Positions 11,050 to 21,973 of a stretch of DNA of 64,000 nucleotides are shown here, one piece after another; positions within the stretch are counted from its first letter, which is position 1; each line of letters begins with the position of its first letter. Both the position numbers and the translations under genes were made by a program. The notes beneath the pieces are model-generated. The model was not told where the DNA came from and searched no databases. It saw nothing but the letters and a program-made list of their open reading frames with translations. The stretch lies in contig CAWBNQ010000011.1 in the NCBI GenBank assembly GCA_963790205.1, positions 96,001-160,000 on the forward strand. The letters are read 5' to 3'. This DNA is from Nitrospirota bacterium. Its GTDB lineage: Bacteria > Nitrospirota > UBA9217.

Positions 11050-11598
11050 ATGTACCAGGACGTCATGATAGCGGGTTTCGGAGGGCAGGGGGTGCTTCTC
11101 GCAGGGAAGCTCCTCGCGTACGCCGGCATGCTCGAGGGCAAGCACGTAACCTGGTTCCCGTCCTACGGAGCGGAGATCCGAGGCGGGACGGCGAATTGCA
11201 CGGTCATCATATCAAGCGATGAAATCGGCTCGCCCGTGGTCCAGAACCCGTCGGCCATGCTGATATTCAATGATGCATCGTTCAAGAAATTCGAGAAGAA
11301 GATCAAACAGGGCGGTCAGCTCTTTCTGAACACGTCGCTGGTACACGAACCCCCGACCCGGACGGACATCAGCAGGATCGAGGTCAAGGCAAACGACATC
11401 GCCGGTGAACTCGGCGATATCCGCATAGCGAACATGGTCATGCTCGGAACCTTTCTCAAGAAGACCGAAGTTGTAGCGCTCGAGTCGGTGCTGGCCGCGC
11501 TGAAACAGGTACTGCCGGCCCGCCGGCATTCGCTGATACCGGCGAATGAAAGAGCCCTCAAACGCGGAGCGGACGTGTGTTCCCAATGTGCCGCATAG
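11050..11598 (+). CDS. 2-oxoacid:ferredoxin oxidoreductase gamma subunit
   Basis: AGFGGQG, PSYGAEIRGGTA, NMVMLG; SD GGGAGG. Confidence 0.92.
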   Translation: MYQDVMIAGFGGQGVLLAGKLLAYAGMLEGKHVTWFPSYGAEIRGGTANCTVIISSDEIGSPVVQNPSAMLIFNDASFKKFEKKIKQGGQLFLNTSLVHEPPTRTDISRIEVKANDIAGELGDIRIANMVMLGTFLKKTEVVALESVLAALKQVLPARRHSLIPANERALKRGADVCSQCAA

Positions 11599-11777
11599 AT
11601 TTCTCCGCGTTGTTTTTTATCGCTGTCCTGCAAAACACAGTGCTGCTCATACCTTCCTGAGATAGCGGACCGTCTTGCCCGCTGTCCACGCCATCAATCC
11701 GAACAGCGTAAAAATTGACTTGAACCAATACTGCCGGTGACATGGCATTCTTCCCACGGCTCAAGCCTTTCATTTTA

Positions 11778-11821
11778 TTGACAAACAATGCTATTTCTTG
11801 TATCTTGGGTGATAATTATCA
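11778..11821 (+). promoter_or_regulatory. Sigma70 promoter with downstream palindrome TGATAATTATCA
   Basis: TTGACA(11778)-17-TATCTT(11801); palindrome at 11810-11821. Confidence 0.5.
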
Positions 11822-11909
11822 TTGATTTATCTTGATAGCGGACGTGCGACACCCTGCTCGCTGCGGACGTGAGTAGTACGGGATTCAAGCCGGATACCGG
11901 AGCCATGAT

Positions 11910-12608
11910 TTGATCCCGCTAAAAGACATTAACCCGACGGAGCGTTTTCCGGTGGTGACGGCTTTTTTTATTGCCGTCAACATCGCTGTCTTTATCTACG
12001 AACTGTTGCTCGGTGCGGGAGCGCGGGAAACCTTCGTATCGTCCTTTGCCCTTGTTCCGCAAAGGCTGTTTTCCCGGGGGGCAGCGGCCCAAGGCTCGGT
12101 CCCGGTCGAAGCAACCCTGTTCACGTCGATGTTCGTGCACGGAGGGTTTCTCCATATTGCCGGCAACATGCTGTACCTCTGGATATTCGGCAACAACGTG
12201 GAAGACTCCATGGGCCGCATGCGTTTTATTTTATTTTATTTTTTCTGCGGCATTATTGCGGCGTATAGCCATGTTCTGGCGAACGCTTCTTCCGTGGTGC
12301 CCATGATCGGCGCGAGCGGCGCAATTTCAGGGGTCCTGGGCGCGTACCTGATGCTTTACCCGCGCGCCCGCGTACTGACACTGGTTGCCTTCGGCTTTTA
12401 CGTGCGGACCGTTGAACTTCCGGCGATGTTCGTCCTGGGGTTCTGGTTTGTGCTTCAGTTCCTCAGCGCGCTGGTATCGGCCGGGACCGGCGAAGGAGTT
12501 GCCTGGTATGCGCACGTCGGAGGGTTCGTGGCAGGCATTGCGTTTATCGGGTTATTCAAACGGAAAAAAGTGCCTTTTTGGGGCAGGAAGAGAGAAAGTG
12601 ATTTATGA
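11910..12608 (+). CDS. Rhomboid-family intramembrane serine protease
   Basis: SMFVHGGFLHIAGNMLYLWIFGNNVED, GASGA, AHVGGF. Confidence 0.93.
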   Translation: MIPLKDINPTERFPVVTAFFIAVNIAVFIYELLLGAGARETFVSSFALVPQRLFSRGAAAQGSVPVEATLFTSMFVHGGFLHIAGNMLYLWIFGNNVEDSMGRMRFILFYFFCGIIAAYSHVLANASSVVPMIGASGAISGVLGAYLMLYPRARVLTLVAFGFYVRTVELPAMFVLGFWFVLQFLSALVSAGTGEGVAWYAHVGGFVAGIAFIGLFKRKKVPFWGRKRESDL

Positions 12609-13681
12609 TCGTCCCGTGCGAATGCGGAGCAAAACTCAGGATCGATGATGCGAAGATAGGAGACCGGGGAGTAAGGGTGCGCTGTCCGCGCTGCGGCAAC
12701 ATATTGACTGCGCGCAGGGAAACAGCGGCCCCGGGGACGTCCGTACTGCCGAAGGCCGGGTTCCCCGCAGCAGCGACCTTACCGGTGGTCCTCGTGGCGC
12801 ATGACAGCGCTGTGGTCAGGGACACGATATGCGGCGTGGTGGCGGAGGCCGGTTTCGCGGCGGACACTGCGACCGACGGCGTTGAGGCCCTGAAAAAAGC
12901 CATGGAAAACAGGCCCCGGGCCATTGTGCTCGATGTGGGGCTTCCCGGCATTTACGGCTTTGAGCTCTGTGAGCGGCTGAAAGGGAGCCGGGAGACCAGC
13001 GATATCAAGATCATCCTTCTTTCATCCGTCTACGACATGAGACGGTATAAGCGGACCCCGGTAAGTCTTTACGGCGCCGACGACTATATTGAAAAACACC
13101 ATATTCCCGATTTTCTCCCGGCGAAACTGCAGAAGCTGATATACCCCGAACAATATGCATCCATACCGGCAACGCCGCCGGGGCATTCCCCGGGTGAGCT
13201 TCCTGAATCGGTGAAACCGCCGGCGCGGGAGTTTCAGCCGGCACTCCTGAGGCCGGAACAGCTTGCGCGAATGGAAGGGGATGCGCCGCAATTCCCACCC
13301 GTTCAGGATGCGATCCCGAAAGCGGCGGCGACGGACATCAGCGAAAGTCCTGCGATAATACCGGAGTCCTTCAGCCTTGATGCGTCCATCTTTCAGAAAG
13401 AGGAATGTGACATCCCCCGGGTGGATGAACTGGACCCCGAGGCGGTGGAGAAAGCGCGGCGGTTCGCCCGGATCATCGTGTCGGATATAGCGCTCTACAA
13501 CCAGGACGCGGTGGCAGAGGGGCTCCAAAGCGGCACGTTCTATGAACTACTCAAGACCGACGTGGATGAAGGCCGGGAACTCTATGAAAATAGGGTGCCG
13601 ACGGCCATCAGGGCGAAGAAAGATTATTATCAGGAGGCCTTTGATAATTTTATCTCCGCCCAGGGGAAGAATGTCCGTTGA
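12605..13681 (+). CDS. Zinc-ribbon / receiver / conserved C-terminal helical domain protein
   Basis: CECG...CPRC; receiver LDVGLPGIYG, GADDYIEK; Pro-rich linker; ARRFARIIVSDIALYN. Confidence 0.8.
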   Translation: MIVPCECGAKLRIDDAKIGDRGVRVRCPRCGNILTARRETAAPGTSVLPKAGFPAAATLPVVLVAHDSAVVRDTICGVVAEAGFAADTATDGVEALKKAMENRPRAIVLDVGLPGIYGFELCERLKGSRETSDIKIILLSSVYDMRRYKRTPVSLYGADDYIEKHHIPDFLPAKLQKLIYPEQYASIPATPPGHSPGELPESVKPPAREFQPALLRPEQLARMEGDAPQFPPVQDAIPKAAATDISESPAIIPESFSLDASIFQKEECDIPRVDELDPEAVEKARRFARIIVSDIALYNQDAVAEGLQSGTFYELLKTDVDEGRELYENRVPTAIRAKKDYYQEAFDNFISAQGKNVR

Positions 13682-13706
13682 CAGGGGGAAAAAGTTAGTA
13701 TATTAT
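13678..13706 (+). promoter_or_regulatory. Sigma70 promoter of tRNA-Pro
   Basis: TTGACA(13678)-17-TATTAT(13701); the -35 overlaps the upstream stop codon. Confidence 0.75.
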
Positions 13707-13715
13707 ACGGCCTTG

Positions 13716-13793
<78 letters not shown>

Positions 13794-13947
13794 TTTTTTA
13801 CAATGTCATGACCGGGAGAGACTGGCAAAAGAAGCATCTCCCGGAGCGGCAGGGGACGATCGGGAAAGAGGAAAAACCGGCGCCCCTTCGATAGGAAAAG
13901 CATGGCGCACCCGGAGATCCTATTGTTTTTTGCCCGAAGAGGTATTC

Positions 13948-14919
13948 ATGAGTGAAAGGGAAAGACCTGTTGACGATCTGATGGACGCGCAGTCCTATAA
14001 TGGCAACCAAGAGGAACCCGAAGAAAAAGAAGAAACAGAAAAAACAAGTAACAGTAATAACGAAACTGCCGAAGGCGGCCCAGCCCAACGCGGGCTGGAC
14101 GCAATAAAGTATTACCTCAAGGAAATCAGGAAGACCCCTCTTCTTACCTTTGAGCAGGAACAGGAACTGGCCAAACGGATCGAAAAAGGCGACCAGGAAG
14201 CCCGGGCCAGGATGATAGAAGCCAACCTGCGGCTTGTCGTGGCGATCGGCAAAAAGTATATCAACCGGGGGCTGCAGTTTTCGGACATCATTGAAGAAGG
14301 CAACCTCGGCCTCATCAGGGCCGTCGAGAAGTTCCAGTACGAACGCGGTTTCAAATTCAGCACCTACGCCTCGTGGTGGATAAAGCAATCGATAGAAAGG
14401 GCCATCGTCAATCAAACGCGCACGATCCGCCTGCCAGTTCATATCGCCGAGATTGTCAATTCATACCTGCGCACCGTACGCCAGCTTACCCAATCGCTGG
14501 GGCGTGAGCCGCAAATAGAAGAAATCGCAAAAAAAATGAAGGTCACCGTCGACAAGGTGAGGAGCGTGTCCCAGGTCGTGCGGGAGACCTACTCGCTGGA
14601 CATGCTCATCGGCGATCAGGAAGAAGACACCCTTAAGGACATCCTGCAGGACGCGAATGCCGTGTCCCCGGCGAGTTTTTCCGATGAAATACGCAGGAAA
14701 GAATTCATCGATGAGTGGCTTCATCAGCTTTCGGTAAGCGAGCGCAGGGTCATCGAGCTGCGGTTCGGACTGGTTGACGGAGAGCCGAGGACGCTCGATG
14801 CTATCGGCAGGGAGTTCGGGATCACGCGGGAGCGCGTGCGGCAGATCGAAACGCAGGCGCTCAATAAACTCAGGGCCATTACCAAGCGGAAGAAGATCGA
14901 TTTCGAGGGAATGGTGTAA
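13948..14919 (+). CDS. Sigma-70 family factor, RpoS/RpoD-like, without a full region 1.1
   Basis: [52 protein letters not shown]. Confidence 0.9.
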   Translation: MSERERPVDDLMDAQSYNGNQEEPEEKEETEKTSNSNNETAEGGPAQRGLDAIKYYLKEIRKTPLLTFEQEQELAKRIEKGDQEARARMIEANLRLVVAIGKKYINRGLQFSDIIEEGNLGLIRAVEKFQYERGFKFSTYASWWIKQSIERAIVNQTRTIRLPVHIAEIVNSYLRTVRQLTQSLGREPQIEEIAKKMKVTVDKVRSVSQVVRETYSLDMLIGDQEEDTLKDILQDANAVSPASFSDEIRRKEFIDEWLHQLSVSERRVIELRFGLVDGEPRTLDAIGREFGITRERVRQIETQALNKLRAITKRKKIDFEGMV

Positions 14920-14920
14920 C

Positions 14921-15005
14921 AAATTCGGAATGCGGAATAGAGAATGAGAAGCCGGGAGCTTCAGATTTTTTTTAATTCCGCACTCCGCATTCGACATTCC
15001 GCATT
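14921..15005. repeat. Heptamer-periodic inverted repeat (AATGCGG / ATTCCGC)
   Basis: AATTCGGAATGCGGAAT ... ATTCCGCACTCCGCATTCGACATTCCGCATT. Confidence 0.7.
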
Positions 15006-15013
15006 GAAAAATC

Positions 15014-15090
15014 GCCCCTGTAGCTCAGGTGGATAGAGCAGCGGTTTCCTAAACCGCGTGCCGGGTGTTCGAATCACCCCAGGGGCACCA
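15014..15090 (+). tRNA. tRNA-Arg(CCT)
   Basis: GCCCCTGTAGCTCAG; arm GCGGT-TTCCTAA-ACCGC; GTTCGAATC; CCA end. Confidence 0.97.
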
Positions 15091-15105
15091 TAAAATCAAT
15101 ACGTT

Positions 15106-15133
15106 AAGGCCGTCATGATGACCGGCCTTTTTT
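15106..15133 (+). terminator. Intrinsic terminator after tRNA-Arg
   Basis: AAGGCCG...CGGCCTT hairpin followed by a T run. Confidence 0.7.
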
Positions 15134-15217
15134 CATGTCAGGCTGGCTGATAATAAAGCTGTGCCGAAACTGCCGGGGGAAAACCTATAAATTGTATGGG
15201 AGGAAGGGTTTTTATTC

Positions 15218-15246
15218 TTGACAAACCCTCTGAAATCTCATACAAT
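15218..15246 (+). promoter_or_regulatory. Sigma70 promoter of tRNA-Val/thrS
   Basis: TTGACA(15218)-17-TACAAT(15241). Confidence 0.8.
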
Positions 15247-15274
15247 TCGCTCTTGTTACGGAAATCATAACTAT

Positions 15275-15349
15275 AGGCTCGTAGCTCAGTGGGAGAGCGC
15301 TACCTTGACACGGTAGAGGTCGGCGGTTCGAAACCGCCCGGGCCTACCA
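15275..15349 (+). tRNA. tRNA-Val(GAC)
   Basis: AGGCTCGTAGCTCAG; arm CTACC-TTGACAC-GGTAG; GGTTCGAAACC; CCA end. Confidence 0.97.
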
Positions 15350-15392
15350 TGATTTTTTTGCCGTACGGTTATCCATCTATGTCATCTATCTT

Positions 15393-17328
15393 ATGAGTGA
15401 AATACAACTCAGGCTGCCTGACGGTCAGGTGAAAAGTATGCCAGCAGGCATCACCGGTCAGGAAGTTGCCGAGAAAATCGGCTCTCGCCTCGCTAAAGAC
15501 GCGCTTGCCATAAAATTAGACGGTCAACTTCAGGATCTCAACGTCCCCGTTGATCACCACGCCGCGATAGAGATCGTTACCTTTACCGCGCCGGAGGGCC
15601 GCGAAGTGTACTGGCACAGTACTTCGCACCTCATGGCGCAGGCGGTAAAACAGCTCTTTCCGCAGGCGAAGCTTGCGATCGGTCCGTCGATCGAAGAAGG
15701 GTTCTACTACGACTTCGATCTCGATCGTCCCTTTACGCCGGAAGATCTCGTTAAGATCGAGAAGAAGATGGCGGAGCTGGTCAAGTCGGCCATGCCGATC
15801 ACCCGGAAAGTTATTTCCAAGGCGGATGCCTTGTCGTTCTTTCAAAAGCTGGGTGAGACCTACAAGGTCGAACTGATCAGCGAGTTGCCCGATGACGGCA
15901 CGATCTCGCTCTACGAGCAAGGCGATTTTGCGGACCTCTGCCGAGGGCCGCATGTGTCGTCGACATCGAAGATAAAGTCCTTCAAGCTCCTCTCCATTGC
16001 CGGCGCCTACTGGCGCGGCAGCGAGAAGAACAGGATGCTCCAGCGGATCTACGGCATCTCGTTTCCCGCGAAGGAAGCGCTGGACGCGTACCTTGCGAGG
16101 CTCGAGGAGATCAAGCGGCGTGATCACCGCAAGCTCGGCAAGGACCTGGACCTGTTCTCCGTATCCGACGAGGTGGGAGGCGGACTGGTCCTGTGGCACC
16201 CGCGGGGCGCGCTCATCAGAAAAACGATCGAGGACTTCTGGCGCGACGAACATCAGAAGAGCGGCTACGATTTTGTGTACTCGCCCCACGTCGGGCGGGG
16301 CGTCCTCTGGGAGACCTCGGGCCATCTCGGTTTTTACAGGGAGAACATGTATTCTTCCATGGACGTGGAGGGGCAGGAGTATTACGTGAAGCCCATGAAC
16401 TGCCCCTTCCACATCATGATCTATAAGAACAAGCTCCGTTCGTACCGGGAATTGCCCCTGCGCTACGCGGAGCTCGGCACGGTGTACCGGTTTGAGCGCT
16501 CCGGCGTGCTGCACGGGCTTTTGCGCGTTCGCGGCTTCACCCAGGACGACGCCCATATCTTCGTTGCCCCCGAGCAGATGGAAGCAGAGGTCATACGGGT
16601 CATCGAGTTCGTCGTAAAAATGCTTCGGACGTTTGGATTTGATGATTTCAAAGCATACATCGCGACTCGCCCGGAGAAATCGGTCGGCGAGAACGCCCTG
16701 TGGGAACAGGCTACGCAGGCACTCAAGGTCGCTGCTGATAAGGTCGGCCTTGGATACGAGATTGATGAAGGCGGCGGTGCCTTTTACGGCCCGAAGATAG
16801 ACATCAAGATCAAGGACGCCCTGGGACGGTTATGGCAGTGTTCCACGGTCCAGTTCGACTTCAACATGTCCGAACGGTTCGACATGACCTTTGTCGGGGT
16901 CGACAACCAGGCCCATCGGCCGTACATGATCCACCGGGCGCTGCTTGGGCTCGATCGAGCGGTTTTTCGGCATGTTGATCGAGCACTATGCCGGCGCGTT
17001 CCCGGTCTGGCTTGCGCCGGTCCAGGCAAAGGTTATGTCCATCACTGACAAGCAGTTCGAGTACGCCAAGGGTGTTCGCGAAAAACTGCTCGCCGCGGGG
17101 ATCAGAACGGAACTCGACACCCGGTCGGAAAAAATCGGGTTCAAGATCCGTGAGGCTGCCCTTGAAAAGGTGCCGTACGTACTGGTAGCCGGGGACAAGG
17201 AAGTGGAACAGAATGGAGTTGCGGTAAGGGAACGCGGGGGAAAAGACCTCGGCGTGATGCCGCTCCAGGATTTCATCGACAAAGTTCAAAAGAAAATTAA
17301 AGATAAAAGCATAACCATCGAAATCTAA
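15393..17328 (+). CDS. thrS: Threonine--tRNA ligase (extra G at 16947-16949, likely sequencing error)
   Basis: [36 protein letters not shown]; removing one G restores HRALLGSIERF. Confidence 0.96.
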
Positions 17329-17342
17329 GGGGGTGATCGTTT

Positions 17343-17864
17343 ATCACTAAAATTACTACCAGAATTAATTTCATGATCAAGGTGAAAGAGGTCCGTGTCA
17401 TCTCTTCGGAAGGCGAACAGCTGGGGGTCCTGGACACGAGGGAAGCGATCAAAAAAGCCGAAGAAGCCGGGCTCGACCTGGTTGAAGTGGCTCCCACGGC
17501 CAAGCCGCCGGTCTGCCGCATCATGGACTTCGGGAAATACAAGTATGAGCTTGCCAAGAAGGCCCACGAGTCCAAAAAACATCAGACCGTCATTCTCGTC
17601 AAGGAAGTCAAGCTGAGGCCGCGGACCGACGAACACGATGTCCAGTTCAAAACGAACAACATCAAGCGGTTTCTCGCAGACGGGCACAAGGTCAAGGTGA
17701 GCGTCATGTTCCGCGGCAGGGAAATGGCGCATACTTCCCACGGCAGGGCGGTCCTCGACCGTATCGTCGTGGACCTGCAAAATGAGGCCGTTGTCGAGCA
17801 GTCGCCCCGCATGGAAGGCAGGAACATGATGCTGTTGCTCGGGCCCAAGGCTGCCAAGGCGTAA
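17343..17864 (+). CDS. infC: Translation initiation factor IF-3, non-canonical ATC start
   Basis: SD GGGGGTGA then in-frame ATC giving ITKITTRINFMI (conserved RIN); LDLVEV, PPVCRIMDFGK. Confidence 0.93.
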   Translation: MTKITTRINFMIKVKEVRVISSEGEQLGVLDTREAIKKAEEAGLDLVEVAPTAKPPVCRIMDFGKYKYELAKKAHESKKHQTVILVKEVKLRPRTDEHDVQFKTNNIKRFLADGHKVKVSVMFRGREMAHTSHGRAVLDRIVVDLQNEAVVEQSPRMEGRNMMLLLGPKAAKA

Positions 17865-17972
17865 GAGCGGTCCGGTTGACGATTGAGGTGGAACATCCTG
17901 CGGAAAATTTTTCCGCTGTTCATAAGCTATGTCAAGACATCTAATATAAATTTGCAGGAAGGGGAAACGATA

Positions 17973-18191
17973 ATGGCGAAAGTGAAAAAAATAAAATTAA
18001 AGACCAATCGCAGCGCCGCCAAGAGACTGAAGATAACCGGCACAGGCAAGATTACGAGGCACAAGGGCTGGAAGGGACATTTGCTGTCCGGCAAGAACGC
18101 TTCGCGCAGGAGACGCCTGACCGGTTCGTTCGAGGTGGACAAGGACAATCAGAAAAATATGAAACAGTTGCTCCCGTACGGAAAGAAGTAA
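17973..18191 (+). CDS. rpmI: 50S ribosomal protein L35
   Basis: KLKTNRSAAKRLKITGTGK, LLPY; lies between infC and rplT. Confidence 0.93.
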   Translation: MAKVKKIKLKTNRSAAKRLKITGTGKITRHKGWKGHLLSGKNASRRRRLTGSFEVDKDNQKNMKQLLPYGKK

Positions 18192-18295
18192 AAAAGATTC
18201 GGATGCAGGATGCACGATGCAGGATAATCGCAGATACCTCTTTTATCTTGAATCATGGATCACGCATCGTGTAAATTCAAGGAGGTCATTGAAAA

Positions 18296-18649
18296 ATGCC
18301 GAGAGCAAAAGGCGGCCCCAAGACAAGGGCCAGAAGAAAACGGGTGCTCAACCTGGCCGAAGGCTACTGGGGAGCAAAATCGAAACTATTCAGGAGCGCC
18401 ACAGAGGCCGTTGACCGCGCGCTCAAGTACGCTTACCGCGACCGGAAGGCCCGCAAGAGGGATTTTCGAAGGCTCTGGATCGCGCGCATCAACGCGGCGG
18501 CCAGGCTGAACGGCGTGACCTACAGCAGGTTCATTGCAGGCCTCGCCAAAAATGGCGTGGCAATCGACCGGAAGATCCTTTCCGATCTCGCGATCTCCGA
18601 CCCGGCGGGTTTCACCAAACTGGTTGAAACGGCCAAGACAGCATCATAA
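18296..18649 (+). CDS. rplT: 50S ribosomal protein L20
   Basis: [26 protein letters not shown]. Confidence 0.97.
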   Translation: MPRAKGGPKTRARRKRVLNLAEGYWGAKSKLFRSATEAVDRALKYAYRDRKARKRDFRRLWIARINAAARLNGVTYSRFIAGLAKNGVAIDRKILSDLAISDPAGFTKLVETAKTAS

Positions 18650-18711
18650 GGACCCGACCGGCAAGCCGCTTGCCGTAACCGGACGTATGCTGCAGCGGTA
18701 AAGAAAAATTT

Positions 18712-18747
18712 GAGGCCCCGGATTTTTCCCGGGGCCTTTCTTTTTAT
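18712..18747 (+). terminator. Intrinsic terminator after rplT
   Basis: GAGGCCCCGG-loop-CCGGGGCCTT followed by TCTTTTT. Confidence 0.8.
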
Positions 18748-18787
18748 ATTGACATATAGAGCTAATTCGGTTAAAAAACGGACAGAA

Positions 18788-20632
18788 ATGATGATATACG
18801 GCCGTTCATTTATCACGGCGTTCATCACTTGCGCCATCCTAGTATCGGTTCCGCAATCAGCGCTCCCGTCTTATAACTCCGAGGCCGGGCATAAGTATGC
18901 TGTCGCCTCCCAGCGTCTCGCCGACCTCAGAAAATCCCGCACGAAAAAGAAATACCGGTCCTACTGGGTGGATTGCATCCGCACCTTCGAAGCCGTTGAA
19001 AAGAAGTATCCCAAAAGCCCCAACGCAGCCGAGGCCTGTTTTGACCGGGCAGGGCTCTACTTCGAACTTTACCAGTTCAATAAATATTCCCGCGACCTCG
19101 ATGCATCCATTCAATCCTACGGAAAGTGCCAGTCCGCGTATCCGAAACACGCGAAGGCTCCCGAAGGGCTCTACCGGGCGCTGGAACTGTCCCTCGATTA
19201 CAAAAAGAACAATGCCGCCGCAATGAAGACCTATGCAAAGCTTGCCGGGACCTACCCGGGAAGCGCCTGGTCCGTGCGGGCAAGGACCCGTCTCGGCGCT
19301 TCCGTGCGCAACAACAAGCCGGAACCGGAGATCAGAAGGATGCCTGGGCCGGAGATTACTTCTGGAAAAAAGACGCCGGCCGGCGTGGTGAAGACCATCC
19401 GCCACTGGTCGCAAGGGGCATATACGCGTATTGTGATCGACCAGAACACGCCGGTCAAGTTCCTGGCGCGGGAACTTAAGAACCCCGACCGACTGGTTTT
19501 CGATCTTCTTCATGCGCATGTTGACGCGTCGCTGCATAAGGAACCGCTCGTCATCAATAATGGCATCCTGAAACAGGTGCGCGCCAGTCAAAATACTCCG
19601 GATACGGTTCGGGTCGTGCTTGACCTGGCAAGCATCAAGAGCTATGCCGCGTTTCCTCTCCGTGATCCGAATCGCCTCGTCATCGATGTGACCGGTGATG
19701 AAGGGAGAACAGCGGAAAACGGCTCCACGAGCGCGGAAACATCTACACTAAGTGAGCCTGGAGATGCGGGGCAGCAGAAGACGGACTCGCAAGCAGAGTC
19801 CGGACCTACTGCATCAGTGCACCCTAAAACAGGGCTGAATGCTCCCGTGGTTCCCCCTGTGCAGAGGCCGGCGGTCAATAATGACAACGAACGGCTGACA
19901 CTGTCTCGACAATTGGGGCTAAAGGTGAGGACGATCGCGATTGATGCGGGCCACGGCGGTCACGATCCAGGAGCAATTGGAGGGGGCGGTTTAAAGGAAA
20001 AAAATGTTACCCTCGATATCGCCAAGCGTTTGGCGGTCTTGGTAAAAGATCGGCTGGGTTGCAAGGTAGTCATGACGCGTGACAGGGACGTTTTTATTCC
20101 CCTTGACCGAAGGCCGTTCATTGCCAAAGCAAGTAATGCCGACCTTTTCGTTTCTATTCATATAAATTCCAACCGAAAACGGAAAGCGAGGGGAATTGAA
20201 ACCTACGTTCAGGGTCTTAAGGCATCCGATCGCGAGGCAATGGCAACAGCGGCGAGGGAAAACGCAATGTCGACTAAAAGCTTAAGCGAGTTGAATTCCG
20301 ATGTTGAAGTTGACAGGATGTTGCGTGATCTGAGGTCTGACAACAAAATCGAAGAGTCCATCGACCTTGCGGGGAATGTACAGAACTCGCTGGTAGGATC
20401 GATTAAACCGATGCGGAAGCAGGTTGTCAACCTGGGTATAAAACGAGCTTTCTTTTATGTCTTAATGAACACAAATATACCGAGTATTCTTGCTGAGGTC
20501 GGATTTATCAGCAACCCGGATGAGGAAAAATTATTGAAAAAGGATTCCTACCGGCAGTCAATCGCCGAGGCGCTGTACCGCGGTATAAAAAACTACATAG
20601 ATTCTCGTTCCCCGCATATGATGGGAACATGA
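18788..20632 (+). CDS. N-acetylmuramoyl-L-alanine amidase (TPR-like + AMIN + Amidase_3)
   Basis: Signal peptide; YPKSP TPR-like repeats; AMIN motifs PDRLVFDL, VRVVLDL; IDAGHGGHDPGA, FVSIHIN, LAEVGFISN. Confidence 0.9.
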   Translation: MMIYGRSFITAFITCAILVSVPQSALPSYNSEAGHKYAVASQRLADLRKSRTKKKYRSYWVDCIRTFEAVEKKYPKSPNAAEACFDRAGLYFELYQFNKYSRDLDASIQSYGKCQSAYPKHAKAPEGLYRALELSLDYKKNNAAAMKTYAKLAGTYPGSAWSVRARTRLGASVRNNKPEPEIRRMPGPEITSGKKTPAGVVKTIRHWSQGAYTRIVIDQNTPVKFLARELKNPDRLVFDLLHAHVDASLHKEPLVINNGILKQVRASQNTPDTVRVVLDLASIKSYAAFPLRDPNRLVIDVTGDEGRTAENGSTSAETSTLSEPGDAGQQKTDSQAESGPTASVHPKTGLNAPVVPPVQRPAVNNDNERLTLSRQLGLKVRTIAIDAGHGGHDPGAIGGGGLKEKNVTLDIAKRLAVLVKDRLGCKVVMTRDRDVFIPLDRRPFIAKASNADLFVSIHINSNRKRKARGIETYVQGLKASDREAMATAARENAMSTKSLSELNSDVEVDRMLRDLRSDNKIEESIDLAGNVQNSLVGSIKPMRKQVVNLGIKRAFFYVLMNTNIPSILAEVGFISNPDEEKLLKKDSYRQSIAEALYRGIKNYIDSRSPHMMGT

Positions 20633-20725
20633 TACGCCGGCTGACCGCAAAGAGTAAACAGTATGGAGTATGCAGCACGCGGAGAACGATTTACGCCTCT
20701 CCTGTCCGCACCGTCTGTTTACCGG

Positions 20726-21857
20726 CTACTTCCTGTCTGCTGTCTTTTCTTCCTTCACCCCGCTGCCCGCAATCAAATACGCCTCGATGAACTGATCGAT
20801 ATCGCCGTCCATCACGGCGTTCACATTTCCCGACTCCGTGGCCGTGCGATGGTCCTTCACCAGCTGGTACGGCTGAAACACGTACGACCTGATCTGGCTC
20901 CCCCAGGCGATGTCCTTCTTCTCACTCACCAGTTTTCCGAGCTTCTCGTCATGTTCTTTTTTCCGCAGTTCATACAAGCGGGAGCGCAGCACCTTCATGG
21001 CAACGTTCTTGTTTTTGAGCTGGGACCGCTCGTTCTGGCACTGCACGACGATATTGGTTGGTAAATGGGTGATCCGCACCGCTGAGTCGGTTTTGTTCAC
21101 ATGCTGGCCGCCGGCGCTCGAGGAGCGGTAGGTGTCGATGCGCAGCTCTTTTTCGTCGATGGTGATATCGATATCGTCCTCGACCTCAGGATACACGTAG
21201 ACCGAAACGAAGGAAGTGTGCCTGCGCTTGTTGGCATCAAAAGGGGAGATGCGTACGAGGCGGTGTACGCCGGCCTCGGCTTTCATCCTTCCGTAGGCAT
21301 AGTCGCCCGATATCGTGAAGGTCACGGACTTGACGCCCGCTTCTTCGCCGTTCTGGTAATCAAGGATTTCCGTTTTGTAACCGTGTTTTTCGGCCCAGCG
21401 CAGGTACATGCGCATCAGCATCTCCGCCCAGTCCTGGGCCTCGGTGCCGCCGGCTCCGGGATGGATGGAGAGGATGGCGTTCGCGGCGTCCTGCTCTCCC
21501 GAGAGGAGCGCCGCAACCTCGGCGGAGGATATGTCCCGCAGGATGACGGCGATCTCCCTCTCCAGCTCTGCGCGCATGGACTCGCCGCCTTCTTCAGAGG
21601 CGAGTTCGGCCATGGCCTCGAGATCGCTCAGGCGCTTTGCGAGCGATCCCCAGTCCTTGAGCGACCGTTCGATCCCTGCTTTCTCTTTCAAAACGACATT
21701 TGCTTTGTCTTTATTGTCCCAGAACCCGGTGGTTTCCGTGAGGCGGTTCAGTTCGGCAAGTTTCGATTCCTTGGCAGGGGTGTCAAAGATGCCTCCGCAG
21801 GAGCTCAATCCTGTTTTTGACGTTCTCGAGGCGCTGTTTCAGGTCTTCTAAAAGCAT
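20726..21857 (-). CDS. prfB: Peptide chain release factor 2 with programmed +1 frameshift
   Basis: MLLEDLKQ...LRRHL then CTT TGA C at 21788-21782 behind internal SD GGAGG; SPF and GGQ motifs. Confidence 0.97.
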
Positions 21858-21973
21858 GTAAAACTCTCCCGGTTGTTTGATTCGACGCGCTGGGCCGCTG
21901 CCGTGTAAATCCTCTGAAGTCAAACGGATTATAGCTCAGAGAACAAAAAAATGAAAGATAAAAAGGGGAAGCC

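Noticed and set aside
16941..16955. thrS split as a pseudogene or programmed frameshift
   Set aside because: One extra G in a short G run of an essential gene with both halves intact; most likely a consensus error
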